NCBI GenBank assembly: GCA_965112155.1
Contig: OZ218100.1
Length of the DNA: 64,000 nt
From: Podarcis liolepis
Taxonomy: Eukaryota
Reading direction: 5' to 3' (one strand)
Part shown: piece by piece, positions 1-13,421 of the stretch
How the letters are laid out: each line of letters opens with the position of its first letter
How positions within the stretch are numbered: the stretch's first letter is position 1
Position numbers and translations under genes: made by a program
Notes under the pieces: model-generated
The model's input: the letters and a program-made list of their open reading frames with translations, nothing else
Told to the model about the DNA's origin: nothing
The model's database searches: none

Positions 1-1741
1 CACTGCCTCCCGCAGTTTGGTCAGACTCATGTTTGTAGCTTCGAGAACACTGTCCAACCATCTCGTCCTCTGTCGTCCCCTTCTCCTTGTGCCCTCAATC
101 TTTCCCAACATCAGGGTCTTTTCCAGGGAGTCTTCTCTTCTCATAAGGTGGCCAAAGTCCTGGAGCCTCAGCTTCACGTTCTGTCCTTCCAGTGAACACT
201 CAGGGCTAATTTCCTTAAGAATGGAGAGGTTTGATCTTCTTGCAGTCCATGGGACTCTCAAGAGTCTCCTCCAGCACCATAATTCAAAAGCATCAATTCT
301 TCGGCGATCAGTTTTCTTTATGGTCCAGCTCTCACTTCTATACATTACTACATCACCCTCGCATTTTGCTTGCCTTCTCTGCCCTGCTATTTGTAAGGCC
401 TCGTTGGAGAGCCACTTTGCTTTCTTGCCTTTCCTTTTCATTGGGATGGTTTTAGTTGCTGCCTCCTGTATAATGTTACGAGCGTCCATCCATAGTTCTT
501 CAGGCACTCTGTCCACCAAATCTAAATCCTTAAACCTGTTCCTCACTTCCACTGTGTATTCATAAGGGATTTGACTTAGATTGTTTCTTACCGGCCCAGT
601 GGTTTTTCCTACTTTCTTCAGTTTAAGCTTGAATTTTGCTATAAGAAGCTGATGATCTGAGCCACAGTCGGCTCCAGGTCTTGTTTTTGCTGACTGTATA
701 GAGCTTCTCCATCTTTGGCTGCAGAGAATATAATCAATCTGATTTCGATGCTGCCCATCTGGTGATGTCCATGTGTAGAGTCGTCTCTTGTGTTGTTGGA
801 AAAGCGTGTTTGTGATGACCAGCTTGTTCTCTTGGCAGAACTCTATTAGCCTTTGCCCTGCTTCATTTTGAACTCCAAGGCCAAACTTGCCAGTTGTTCC
901 TTTTATCTCTTGACTCCCTACTTTAGCATTCCAATCCCCTATAATGAGAAGAACATCCTTCTTTGGTGTCATTTCTGTAAGGTGTTGTAAGTCTTCATAG
1001 AATTGGTCAATTTCAGTTTCTTCAGCACCAGTGGTTGGTGCATAAACTTGGATTACTGTGATGTTAAAATGTCTGCTTTGGATTCGTATCGAGATCATTC
1101 TATCATTTTTGAGATCGCATCCCAGTACAGCTTTCGCCACTCTTTTGTTGACTATGAGGGCCACTCCATTTCTTTTACGGGTTTCTTGCCCACAGTAGTA
1201 GATATGATGGTCATCCGAACTGAATTCGCCTATTCCCGTCCATTTTAGTTCACTGATGCCCAGGATGTCAATATTTATTCTTGCCATCTCATTTTTGACC
1301 ACATCCAACTTACCCAGGTTCATGGTTCTTACATTCCAGGTTCCTATGCAATATTTTTCTTTACAGCATTAGACTTTCCTTTCGCTTCCAGGCATATCCA
1401 CAACTGAGCGTCCTTTCGGCTTTGGCCCAGCCGCTTCATCAGCTCTGAATCTACTTGTACTTGTCCTCCGCTCTTCCTCAGTAGCATGTTGTACGCCTTC
1501 CGACCTGAGGGGCTCATCTTCCAGCGTCATAACTTTTATATGCCTGTTGCCTTTGTCCATGGAGTTTTCTTGGCAGGGATACTGGAGTGGCTTGCCGGTT
1601 CCTGCTCCAGGTGGATCACGTTTGGTCAAAACTCTCCACTATGACCTGTCCATCTTGGGTGGCCCTGCACGGCATAGCTCATAGCTTCTCTGAGTTATTC
1701 AAGCCCCTTCGCCACGGCAAGGCAGTGATCCATGAAGGGGC
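1..1741 (-). mobile_element. Bov-B (RTE-clade) LINE with intact 5' end and an internal deletion of the RT core; 3' end runs off the window
   Basis: Minus strand encodes an APE endonuclease (IGTWNVRTMN...ILGISELKW...VIQVYAPT, ~1030-1350) and the Bov-B C-terminus (IDAFELWCWRRLLRVPWTARRSN, ~17-345). The typical Bov-B 5' UTR (GGATCACTGCCTTG.CGTGGCGAAGGGGC) ends at ~1741. The sequence jumps at ~350 from the pre-RT region to the post-RT region. Confidence 0.9.
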
Positions 1742-4149
1742 GATATTTTTAGTCCCTGCATTCTTCCATCTCATTTTTTTATCATACCAAGTGTTGTTGT
1801 TTCCTGGAGCAATTGTTGTACATATGTATACATTAGAAGAAATTCATGCTAAAATGCTGGTACTTTTCATGAAGATTTGTTCTGAATGAGAAATTGCTGC
1901 AATTTCAAATGAGAAATTGTTGCAAAAATGTGAAGAACTGAATTTGCAGTCGGAAAAATTAGACACCAAGAGAAACAAACATTGGCATATTCATCTATCC
2001 TTACCTATAACCAATGAAAATGGAAGTATTATAGCAAGTTTTCTCAGATTTCCACTTGTTACCTATCTTTATAAAGAAATTATATGAAATATATGAGGAG
2101 CTACAATCCCCAGGCTATGTTAGTAACATCTGTTCTTCACACTACACAGAGATGCATCATAGAAATAAGAGATAAATTTTATCAATAATGCTTCTGTTTC
2201 TCAATTTTGAAAATTGTGCTATTGTGAAAGTCACAACTGGAAGTTTGAAAATGATTATTGTTGTTGCAATTATACACTAATGTATTCCTTAACTGCTGTA
2301 ATAATACCATTGCTTGTAGCCAGAAATGGGTATTGTACTTTGGAGAATTCTATTTATCCCCAACCAGGCTGTCACAGCTGTGGTGGACCTGACCAAAAAA
2401 CCTCACTTGTCTTCTTCTTTTTACCCCCTACCCAGGATAGCAGTGGTAAGATAGCAATGCATTCCACAGCCCATACTAATCAGCAGCCTCATCACTGTAG
2501 ACAAACCAGCCAATGCACAAACATTAGTTAAATTAGAATATAGGATTTCACTGCCCAACTGTTTTTAGTAATAAAAACCCACCTCCTTCCATAAAATCAA
2601 TTCAAACTGTGTCTTCTTACATTGAAATGGATTGCAATGATCACTTCCCCAGCAACAAAGGCTTAGATTGTGTGTAATTAGGCTGAAAAAATATTCCCTT
2701 GTCATTGATTGGTATCTTTTCAAAATGATATCTGCATGAAATATATCTATTCACATATATGGATAAGGGACAGAATTATGCGCTCTATAATGCTTTGGTT
2801 ACAGTATGAATAAACCAGCTGTGATGCTATAAGAACCATTTCCTCATCACTGTGCTGGTTTTCCTATATGTAACACATGTAAATCAAGAAATTCAAGCAT
2901 CTGTCTGCAAACCAGTGTGACTATAGAACACATGTGGAAAAGACTCCCATACGCAGAAATCGAAAACCGGGGGAAAGAAATCAATGGAAAGGGGTTAATG
3001 CTTTGGGATCAACAGTAATTTTATATGAAGTTGATTTATCTCTGAGGGGCTCTGGCTGCAATTCTGTACATACTTACCTGGAATTTACTTCTCAGTAGGC
3101 ATGTAGCTGGACTGGGGAACCTGCAGCCCTCCAGCATGGCTAATGATCAGAGATGATGGGAGTTGTAGTCCAACAGTATCCAGAGCACTATTTCTAGTCT
3201 TTGTTGTATAGGATTACACTGTCAATATATCAATTTCCACTTATGCTGCACTAACTGCGTGGTACAGATGATCTGCTAATGATTGCTCTGGGTACTGATT
3301 TCCCAGAGATCAGCACTGCAAACTGATCATTTTGGGCAATGTTAGAAAACAGCATGATATGAAAAAGATATCTAAAAGAAGCTTTGTATTAAATCTCCAA
3401 TCACCCAACCTGCTGTTTATCAATAAGAACCCTTCCAGCTCATTTCAGCATGTCAGGTGCTGTTATTTATTGATTATATGTTGTAAAAGGTTCGGGAACC
3501 TGATCAGTAAAATTCCAGTTGGCAACCTTATATCTTTGTCACTTTTAAATAAAATTAATCTCCAGCTACTATATTTTACTATATAGCGGTATAATGAAGG
3601 AACTTGATTGCAAGCACTCTGCAGATCAGTAGCACATCACTCTTGTTGAGCCATAATACTTTTTCCTTTTTTGGCCAATGGCATTTCAATTTCTGTTCCC
3701 TTGGGCGGGAAAGTGGGAATCAGGAGTATTAATTTGGACCTGGTACTTGAACAGCATTTCAGTTAAACTCACATTTCCTGCTCTTTGCCATTATATGCCT
3801 ATAAAAAATATGGTAGTTCTGCCCTTCTATCTCTTGGAAATCTTCCCTAGATTTGCAGCTCTTGCTTGTCTTGTGAGTAGTGAAAGAAAGTGGATTGAGT
3901 ACTCCTTCCTGTGGAGAACTTACATTTCCCATTGATGTCATTTCCAAAGTGCAGAAATGGGGCTCCTGTCCAGGAAAGCCTTTTAGAATCCCTAGAACAA
4001 TTGCCTTTATTCAAAGGCCAAAGTGGTGCCTTCCAGATGTTGTCTGACTAAAATTCCCATTATCCCTATCCATTGGCCGTGCTGGTGGGGACTGCCATGA
4101 CTCGAACAATATCTGCAGGGGACAATATGCACTTTTGGACAGTGTGGAG

Positions 4150-4284
4150 CAGGAGTGGGGAACCTGTGCCCCTCCCAATGTTCTGAACTCCAAGTCATCA
4201 GCCCCAACCAGCATGGCTTGAGGTCAGGGTTAAGGAAAGTTGCATCCCGACAACATCCACAGCAGCTCAGGTTGCCAACCCCTG
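4150..4284. mobile_element. Short hAT-like MITE; related degraded copies at ~3113-3195, 4010-4135, 15171-15305, 16866-16970, 32037-32164, 46093-46222
   Basis: Imperfect terminal inverted repeats CAGGAGTGGGGAACCTG...CAGGTTGCCAACCCCTG, with an internal CCAGATGTT...AACATCTGG-type palindromic body shared among copies. Confidence 0.6.
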
Positions 4285-5563
4285 GTAGGCAGAGACTACA
4301 GTAAACCCACCACTTGCACACATTTAACTTGTGCGCATTCAGCTTTACGGCCCTGGCCAAAAAGCAAAAAAGAGGAGTGGAAAGGAGGCGGGCATCCATG
4401 AAAAAAGACTTTGGCAATCACACCCACCATTGCACCTGATGTGTTTTGACTATACACAATTTTGGCTTTCGGTGTGATCCCTGGAACATAACCCCTGTGT
4501 AAATTACCCTATTATGAAGCAACAGCTCTTGTTGAGATTAAGCAGATGTGGCTCAGTGAGTTGCATGGATGAGGATTTTGAGAGAAAGGGAGATATAAAA
4601 GGAAGAATCCGAATTAAAGAACTGCCCCTCCTTGGTGAATTTCGCCTGTGAATGCTTTGTTGTCTTTGGGGAAGAGGCAAAAGCTATTTAATTCTTTTCC
4701 ACCCTTAATTTGTGAAGACATTTTACTGCTGCTAGCTTACCACCTTCACCCTCCTGTTTTTATACTTGCATTGCTTTACTGCTGGTGCATTTTTTAAATT
4801 GACTTTTTTTCTGAGTAAGCACATTCATACATTTGGGTTGCAGATCTTGCTCCCCCCCCCTCCAGAATATTGTAAGGATCTGAAGTTAGACAGAATACAC
4901 TGTATGTTCTCTTTCTTAGCAAATCTTTTGCCTCCTGCTTCTTATTAGTGTAACCTGGGTATTTCTCGGGGTTATATTTTTGGCAGAGTTCACCATTCTC
5001 TCAATTTTAACAATGATCCATATGAAAGCTTCTTGATAGGCTTTAGCATTTCGGAAAAAGAGCCATGTCTAACAGAGGTCAACGCAGGCCACATTTTAGG
5101 CATATGTGGGCAGCTGCAGGAAAAGATTAGAGACAGGAGTCTTGGGTAACTGCTAGGGAGAAAGGGATATGGTAGAGTAGAGAGAGCTGCTGTGTCAATA
5201 TTTGATTGAGCTGTTGGCAAGTGCTGGAATTTCCCACTTGCAGGTGACAGATGCTGCTGTGGAGGAAGAAGGACCTGGCAGGAAGGCAGCCTCTGTTTCA
5301 TCCTGCTCGTCCTGTCCTGACTGGTAGCTCCAGTGGCAGAGAATCAAAAAGCAGCAGCTGAAATAAGAACGTCCTTGGCAGAAGGTAGGGATCAGGCAGA
5401 AATTTGATTCAGTTCACGTTTGAAGGCAAACCTACCTGAATCACACTATCCAAAGCAATACATGAAGCACAGCCATCCTTCAAAATCTGCATTTCTCAGA
5501 CTTTTGATGTATTACAGTATTTTAATATTTTTTTGGAAGCCGCCCAGAGTGGCTGGGGTATAA

Positions 5564-5564
<1 letters not shown>

Positions 5565-5620
<56 letters not shown>
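5565..5620. repeat. (TTA)n microsatellite, tail of an L2-type 3' end
   Basis: Perfect TTA run preceded by GGAAGCCGCCCAGAGTGGCTGGGG, the same L2-type 3' motif seen inverted at ~24097-24140, 40845-40890 and 55460-55510. Confidence 0.85.
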
Positions 5621-5953
5621 TTGTAATGCCGTTCTCCAGAAAAGTAATATGTAGGGTAAAGTGTGCATTTAAGTGCATATATGAGTGAAAATAACTTGCA
5701 AAAATGCACAATGTTAGGGGAAATTAGCTTGCGAAAATGTTATATCAGGCAAAAGTTCATAGAAAAATGTGTGCATTAGGAGATATTCACATTATGATTT
5801 TCATGAGCAATTTATAAAAAATCACAAGCTTATGTGGAAAACTGAACTTAAGGCTGGAAAAACAAGAAAGGGGAAAAACTGAAATTGACATACTCTTACA
5901 TCCATAGGAGAAGGTGAATTATGCCTTCAAACCCCTCCCACCCAAGTAGCTTA

Positions 5954-6303
5954 AAGGTAAAGGTAAAGGGACCACTGACCATTAGGTCCAGTCGTGACCG
6001 ACTCTGGGGTTGCGGCGCTCATCTCGCTTTATTGACCGAGGGAGCCGGCGTACAGCTTCTGTCTCATGTGGCCAGCTTGACTAAGCCGCTTCTGGTGAAC
6101 CAGAGCATCACACGGAAATGCTGTTTACCTTCCTGCCGGAGCGGTACCTATTTATCTACTTGCACTTTGACGTGCTTTCGAACTGCTAGGTTGGCAGGAG
6201 CAGGGACCGAGCAACAGGAGCTCACCCCGTCGCAGGGATTCGAACTGTCGACCTTCTGATCAGCAAGTCCTAGGCTCTGTGGTTTAACCATAGTGCCACC
6301 CAC
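5954..6303 (-). mobile_element. Sauria SINE
   Basis: tRNA-like head on the minus strand, (ACCTTT)n tail reading AAGGTAAAGGTAAAGG on plus, 8-bp TSD GTAGCTTA at 5946-5953 and 6304-6311. Confidence 0.92.
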
Positions 6304-8351
6304 GTAGCTTACCTTCACCCAAACCTCTAAGCTATATGGGGTGGGGGGCTTTTTTGAGAGTTCTGCCTCTGAGTGGCTACTCAAATAAAGCTCACAAATC
6401 TGGGTTCTGCTCAGTGGGTGAATATTCTAATATCTCAAATGACACCATCAACAATTAATACCTGATGTCTTAAGAAGAACCTCTGCTGGTTTTTGAAGGA
6501 CCTCTTCAATTTTGAGGACACCCCATTTGTATGGTGGTATTGGTAACAATAAATTATAAGGAAATGTTTATAATAGTTATCCTGATCCTGGGAATGTGCT
6601 AACCTGCTCTGCAGTTATGAAATAGAATAGAAGTTATCTGGCTGATTTGTACTGTAAAGGAAACTGGCTATTTTGTATTGTCAATCTCCTGCAGCTTGAA
6701 AACTCCCTGAAGAGGAACTGCACCACTTAAGAGCCTCTTGTGCAATGCTGGCACTAAATAATTTCTAAATGGTAATAGCAAGAATAGGAGGAGGATATTA
6801 GCTGCTGTAATAAAATATTTGTACGTTACAAAACGTAAAGCAATTATATATTTAATGTATGTGCAGCACTGCTACCCTATTTATACAGGAAATACCATAA
6901 GATTGTAATTGGCTTTGGAGCATAGTAATAAACTCTGAAACAGTTTAAACTCCAAAACCTATTACTTAATTACTATTATGGAGCATAATAAAGGACAACT
7001 ACTTGACACAGGCTAACCGTAACAGTGCTTAGAATGTATTTGTGTCCCTGTACTTTATATATTGTTCACATTAAATGCACAAAAATCATTCTTTACTTCT
7101 AATAAGTACGCTAAGCTCTTGTGCTGGTCAGCAGAGGTCAAAGTTCTCTGTCTGAGTTCAAAAAGCCAGAAGGGTAACTTGGCCTGATGCTTCAGTATGA
7201 AGGCCACGACCTACTCTCTAATTACATCTGCAGAGCCCCCTGTTTAATACGCTTTTGTATATTTTTCTTTCTTTGTTATGGCTTTTCTTTGATGATTCAT
7301 TAAAAGAGGCAAACGCTTAATGATTACAGATGTCTTGTGACTTGGGAGACAAAAGGTAGATACCCTGGAATTTCTTTGTGGACAACCGGAATGTATGCTT
7401 GGAATTGCCTGCCCCCTCATTCATCCTTTTATATTCTGTGTGATTTTTTTACCCTCAAAAGAAGCATTTGAGAACCTTCAGAGTGTTGATAGTTTAGATA
7501 AGCTTTCCCTGGCCTGGTGCCTTTCAGAAGATCTGGACTGCAGGTTCCATGAACCCCAACAATCTAACAGCAAACACTGAGGTCTACTTTCTACCTGGAA
7601 GTCTAGTGTATGCGTGATTTTAAACTTGAAAGCCGAGAACAGAATTCTAACCTTTTATCAAGCTATGCTTGATAGCTGTATTCTACACTACTGCATGGCA
7701 GAATTCATATGGATTTTGTACAAAGCATGCCTTGCAACGCAGCCTATTTTCCAAACATTATAGGCCTAAGAAACAGAATGAGGTTGCTGCCTGCCCACTT
7801 AGTTTTATAAAGTGTCAGCAACAGACATTGCATGGAGTAGTTATAAGCATTCTCTTCCTTATATATTTTATCAGTGCCTCCTTCTTTCTTCCTTGGCTGC
7901 CTTTGCCTATACATTTCAAGCATCTGAATTTTATTTTATGTCATTTAGAAACAGAGGCTGATGTGAATTGCCCACCGGGGAACTCAATAGGAGCACTTGT
8001 TTATTCCATCCATATGGTTTCATTGTTGTTGTTACAAGTGAAGCCTGTTAAAAGGATACATCGGTGACAGGGGGAGGAATATTTTTACATAATACACACA
8101 TATGGGATTAACAACAGCAAAAAAATAAAAATAAAAATACACCCACAAAACCCAATGCAATTCCTAGAGACCATTTCATCAAATAATCCCATTCCAATTA
8201 CTATCCTTTTAGAATCTGTTTGCGGCACATCTTACAATGATCTCATGCCCTGATAAAGAGTAGAAGGTATCATATTGGATTGAACTGGCCCAACATTTGT
8301 TGCTAATCTAGAGATGCTTAGATCAGAGTCTCCATGAGTGGAATTCTGCCA

Positions 8352-8600
8352 GAGAGCCAGTGTGGTGTAGTGATTAAGAGCGATAGACTCGTAATCTGGT
8401 GAACCGGGTTCGCGTCTCCGCTCCTCCACATGCAGCTGCTGGGTGACCTTGGGCTAGTCACACTTCTCTGAAGTCTCTCAGCCCCACTCACCTCACAGAG
8501 TGTTTGTTGTGGGGGAGGAAGGGAAAGGAGAATGTTAGCCGCTTTGAGATTCCTTTGGGTAGTGATAAAGCGGGATATCAAATCCAAACTCTTCTTCTTT
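8352..8600 (+). mobile_element. tRNA-derived SINE (Squam3-like)
   Basis: Pol III A box (TGGTGTAGTGATT) and B box (GGTTCGCGTCT), GGGTGACCTTGGGCTAGTCAC core, L2-like 3' part and (CTT)n tail. Confidence 0.8.
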
Positions 8601-10762
8601 ATGGAATGAAGGATGGTGGGGAGGTGATGCTCATCTATTGATGCCTCTTGTTTCAGCCCCCTGTATGCCATTAAAAAAATAGTTCTAGATGGTTGGGGAA
8701 CCATCCTGAACAGTGTAGGAGTGGTGCAGGGGACTACAGGGGGAATTGGTGCAAATTATTTTGCCCCTCTTCCTCCAGGAGGAGCACACCCACTCCCCCC
8801 AATCACAGCCCTTTCCACAAATGAAAGGAACATTTTCATGTGGTTTACAGCCAGTTAAATAGAACTGCCCCTGAATTTCACCTCCAGCAAATTTTTAAGG
8901 CAGATTTGGAGACTCCAGTTCAGGCAAAATAACCAAGGGGTTTTGAGTTAAGCAAAGAATATTAACAAAGCTGGTGTAATTCCTTGGCAGTGGGATCTCT
9001 GAATTTTGATCAAAACAGTATTTTGAACTGATTTTGGAGGTTACTGCTTGGCTGAAATAAGTTTGTGGTGGATGGGAAATAATATTGTTAAGAGTATGAA
9101 CATTTTTTCAGGGGCCTTCTGTGTGAAAAGCATGTGTTCCACCAGGAAGCTATACCAACATTAGTCAGCTATTCCTGTATTGCAGGTGGTTGGACTAGAT
9201 GATCCTTGAGGTACCTTCCAACTATGCAATTTTATTATTCTATGTGGTCCCACCACCTTAATCCTTCTTAGCCACCAGTAGCTTTCTTTGCCTCTCCCCA
9301 GTATGAGGGCAAGCTGTTATAGATTATTCATATTGCACATCTTTGAAAATGATCTATACCTTTGAACTCAGAATGCTGTTTTTTAAAAAACAAAAAAAAA
9401 TTAGTTGTAACGATAGAACCATGGTTTAGCCAAACTTATTATACAGAACTTGCTTTTTATAAAGCTTCAGTTATGTAGTGATCACCTACTTTTGCTTTAC
9501 TGATATAGAGGACTGATGCAGCTATACTTCACTATTGATCTTAGTAAGTCATTATAACGTGGCAATATCAGCAGGGTGTCTAGGGGCTTTGCATTGTGGT
9601 ACATAGATAGGTGGCATTACAACCTTTATCTTTCTAACATCTGCAACCTCTCAAACGACTGACTGATTTCTCCAGTTTAATTCCCTGAGTCAGAAAGTGA
9701 TTTGGAAAGCTCAGGAGGGATAACACAAAGGTATCTTGGCTTCCTGTGCACATATATTGACAAAGGGCTTAAAATAAAATGTTTGTCAACACACTTAAAA
9801 CCACGGTGCATAGAAAGAACAGGAGCAACAGCAAATTATTTCTTTCTTTGGGCTTAAGCCCAGCCCTTCCCATCAAAAGCACCCAAGGCAGGTAACAAGA
9901 ATATACTACCTATTATACCCTGTTCATGGTCCCCCAGTATGGATAATAATGTCTTCACACCACTTTCAGAAGACAAATTAGCTTGGTCTTTGGTAAATCT
10001 CCATTGTAGAGAAACTCTAGAATGAGAGTAAGCCAATGAGAATGTCTTCCTGTTTTCACTTCCTGTCTTTCCTGCTTTGGTGCGGTGGCATAACATGGGT
10101 TGCCAGAGCTCAGGGCCACATGGAGGAGGGTGGGAGGAAGGGAAATGGACAGAGTATACATGCATCACCCAGGAGATAAGAAGAGTCATTCCGTTGTCTG
10201 GAGAGGTCACTTCCTGGTTCGCATGAAGAAGCTGTTTCAGTGGAGCCCAGCGATGGACACCCACAGCTGTATTGAGGTAGCACCGGGTGTTGAAATTTTG
10301 CGCCCCTAACAATTTTGCGCCCAGGGCAACCAACCCTGTGCCTCACCACACCATGCCACGGCTTGGGTGCACAAATTTTATAAGTAAGACCTGAGACAAA
10401 ATGCTGCAAGGTGAAGAGCTTCCATTTAGGGTGCCAGCCAGCCTTGCATTTTCCAGGATGCTTCATTCCATTTGCCCTCCTCTTGTTTGTTCATTCTTCT
10501 CACTCAGCATTTTGTGGTCACTTATTATACTCCATCCTTATTGGGGTGCTTTGTGTTCCCCCATTAGGATTTTTCCCCAAGTGGTTTTTTTTGTGTGTGT
10601 GCTTCTGTAAACTCCGCTGATATTTCACTCTTATGATTGGATGGTGATCTTTTAGCTACATAAGGATCAATGATTGGAAAATGAGTTCTCCATTTGCATA
10701 TAGGATAGTAAAGAAAGAGAGCTTAGTTAAACATAACGGTCATGGCATAACTAAGTAGACTT

Positions 10763-11170
10763 AGACTGCATATACACCATACAGTGGTACCTCAGGTTAA
10801 GAATTTAATTCGTTCTGGAGGTCCGCTATTAACCTGAAACTGTTCTTAACCTGAGGTACCACTTTAGCTAATGGGGCCTCCCACTGCTGCCGCACAATTT
10901 CTGTTCTCATCCTGAAGCAAAGTTCTTAACCCAAGGTAATATTTCTGGGTTAGCAGATTCTGTAACCTGAAGCGTATGTAACCTGAAGCGTATGTAACCT
11001 GAGGTACCACTGTATAGTGAAAGCACATGGCTTTTCTCAAAGAATCCTGGGAACTGTAACTTGTTGAGTAAGGGTGCTGGAAATTATAGCTCTGTTAGGG
11101 GAAAACTACAGCTCCCAGGATTCTTAGGGGAAAGCCATGTGTTTTAAATGTTCAGTGTGTGTGCAGCCCT
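10763..11170. mobile_element. Palindromic MITE interrupted by the 10782-11012 element
   Basis: Arms AAAGCACATGGC...AAGAATCCTGGGA and TCCCAGGATTCTT...GCCATGTGTTTT; degraded ends GACTGCATATACAC / GTGTGTGTGCAGCC. Confidence 0.6.
10782..11012. mobile_element. Tc1/mariner-pogo-type MITE
   Basis: TIRs CAGTGGTACCTCAGGTTA...TAACCTGAGGTACCACTG with TA target duplication; homologous, in opposite orientation, to 45187-45428. Confidence 0.9.
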
Positions 11171-12222
11171 GTATCCAAAAAAGCATTCATTAGCTGAATT
11201 TGTGAAAAAGTCATCTGATATTTTCATCTACTCTGTAAAGGTTTGGAATGCAGGCAGTGCCGGGACCCTTTCCTGCCATGTTTTGAAAGAGTCACTGGCC
11301 TCTGGTAATAATTGACAGTTGTGTTTTTTAAAATTAAAAAACCCAACTGTGTTTGTTTTTAATCTGAATTTCATAAGCTAAATGGCTATTAAACGTGTGT
11401 CACAGTGCCTAGTGAACAGCAGTTATTGCTTATGCCCTGCAGCTGTTTTAAAACCCTAGTGTTTCTGCTGTTCTACATTTATTTTGTTTTCTTTAAATAC
11501 CCACCGGCACTTATGGATTAAAAGTAATGATTTTTAGATATATATGTGTAGTGATTTTTGAAATGTATATATTTCATGTAGAAAATCATTAGAGGTGCAC
11601 AAAAGGGAATTCTTCTGCTTTTTCTATTTATTTTGTTGTTGTTGAAAGGACCAAATAATCCACATTAAGGAATAAAAAAAAATGTTCATACTCCCCACAT
11701 CTGTGAGTCAGTGAAGCATTTCTGGAATTAAAGTTTATAGTAAATTCGTTAATTTTAAAAAGCAGATCATAGAAGAGCCATGCTTCCTTTGTAACAGTGC
11801 AAAATTCAGATGATTTTCTATGATGTCAGACGTAACAGTAAAAGTCTTCATCAACTGAGACCGAAAGAGAAAGTTATAAAGAGTGCATGATCCACTCTCA
11901 CAGCCTGGTGTGCAAGAGAGAATTCAAATAACAATGAGTGTTGCTGTCTGCCACAGTGTCAGAAATAAATGTCAGAAATAAATGCAATAATGGCATTTGG
12001 AAAATATTTCCCAGGCCAAGGATCACATTGACCCATGGTCTACCTTTCTGGGGTGGGGGCATGTCCAAGAGGTTATGGCTGAAGTATAAAAGTATGGGTA
12101 GCAAAAACTGCCTTTTTCTGAAATTCTTTCCCATTACCTATTCTATAATACTTTAAATAATGTTTTATCAGTCATGATTCAACTAAGTAAGTAAATAAGT
12201 AGGCATTTGAGGAGATAGGAGG

Positions 12223-12224
<2 letters not shown>

Positions 12225-12258
<34 letters not shown>
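12225..12258. repeat. (GT)n microsatellite
   Basis: Direct reading. Confidence 0.95.
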
Positions 12259-12260
<2 letters not shown>

Positions 12261-13421
12261 CAATATTTCTCCTGAAAATCAAAGCTACTAATTCTAGCTA
12301 CTAACAGGTGGGCTACAGGTGCAGAACTTCAAATTTCCTTTATGTTAACAAGACTCTTAATGGAAACACTTGTCCATATAGGGGCTATAGGTCAAGCCCA
12401 TAATGGGATTCAAAAAGTAACATGAGCAAAGATCTGAGACTGGAGGATTCTGAAGAAAAAGAAAGAAAGAAAGAACCAAGAATGAAATGATCTAAGAAGA
12501 TTCAGAAATGTTTAACATTTTGTGTGTGGTGGTTATCATGGGGGCAACAACTTATTTACAGATTTCTAAGATTTTCTCCCATGAGAGTTGTAGACCTGAA
12601 GTGTCAAAACTTGTTTTGAGATAAGACAAAGAACTAACAGCAGGATCACGAAGCTTAGCCGTGCCTGTGCCAAGGCTTGTGGAAACAGCCCATTTTCAAT
12701 ATACATGCTCTGAAGCTTACTCAGACATTACCATAAATCATTCCCATATGAGCAACTTTCTGTTTGGGTAGCAGAGGGGAAATCTGTCAAAAGACACAAA
12801 AGCAGGCTTCAGTAGAAGTTAGGATATAATTGGGGTTGGAAAATAACCACACAGGATCTACACAGGCAGCACAATCTTCCATATGTTACATTAGGTTCTT
12901 GGACAGGTACGTGACCACTTTTGTTCTTGACCCTCATGGTCAAGGACATCTGGCAGGGAGAGGACTTTTAGCTGAACCGAGGAGGTAATGAATGCCTCTC
13001 TCAGAGACAGCGCGGTTCCAGACCATCTGACAGAGACAGCAGTGAGACCACTCTTTAAGAAGCCACCCTTAAAGTCAGAAGATTTAAACAAGTATAGGTC
13101 ATTTGCAAATATTCTATTCCTGAGAAAGAATGTGATAGAATATGCTTTTCTGTAGTAACCTTCCATTTATGGAAGGCTGTTGCCAGGGAGGCCCACCTGG
13201 TGCCAACCTTGTGATCAACGTTGATTTTGTTTTGTTGGGCATTTGGGCAGCGCCAATGGTACATTGTATTACAAAATCCAGTAGTAGCCGGCAGGGTGCT
13301 GCAGGTTGAGCTGTGTGGCTGGCCTGCCTTCCCAACACCACGGGTAATTGCCCCTTGCCAAGGGAGGCGGGAAGGGCAAGCCAGTGGGAACTCAGTGTGG
13401 TGCAGAAATAGCAGGGGTGTA

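Noticed and set aside
17-565. 182-aa plus-strand ORF, and similar ORFs at 13489-13731 and 25447-25833
   Set aside because: Antisense reading of Bov-B sequence, not a host gene.
5512-5709. Poly-Ile ORF; also poly-Leu/Tyr ORFs at 28914-29393
   Set aside because: Translations of (TTA)n microsatellites.
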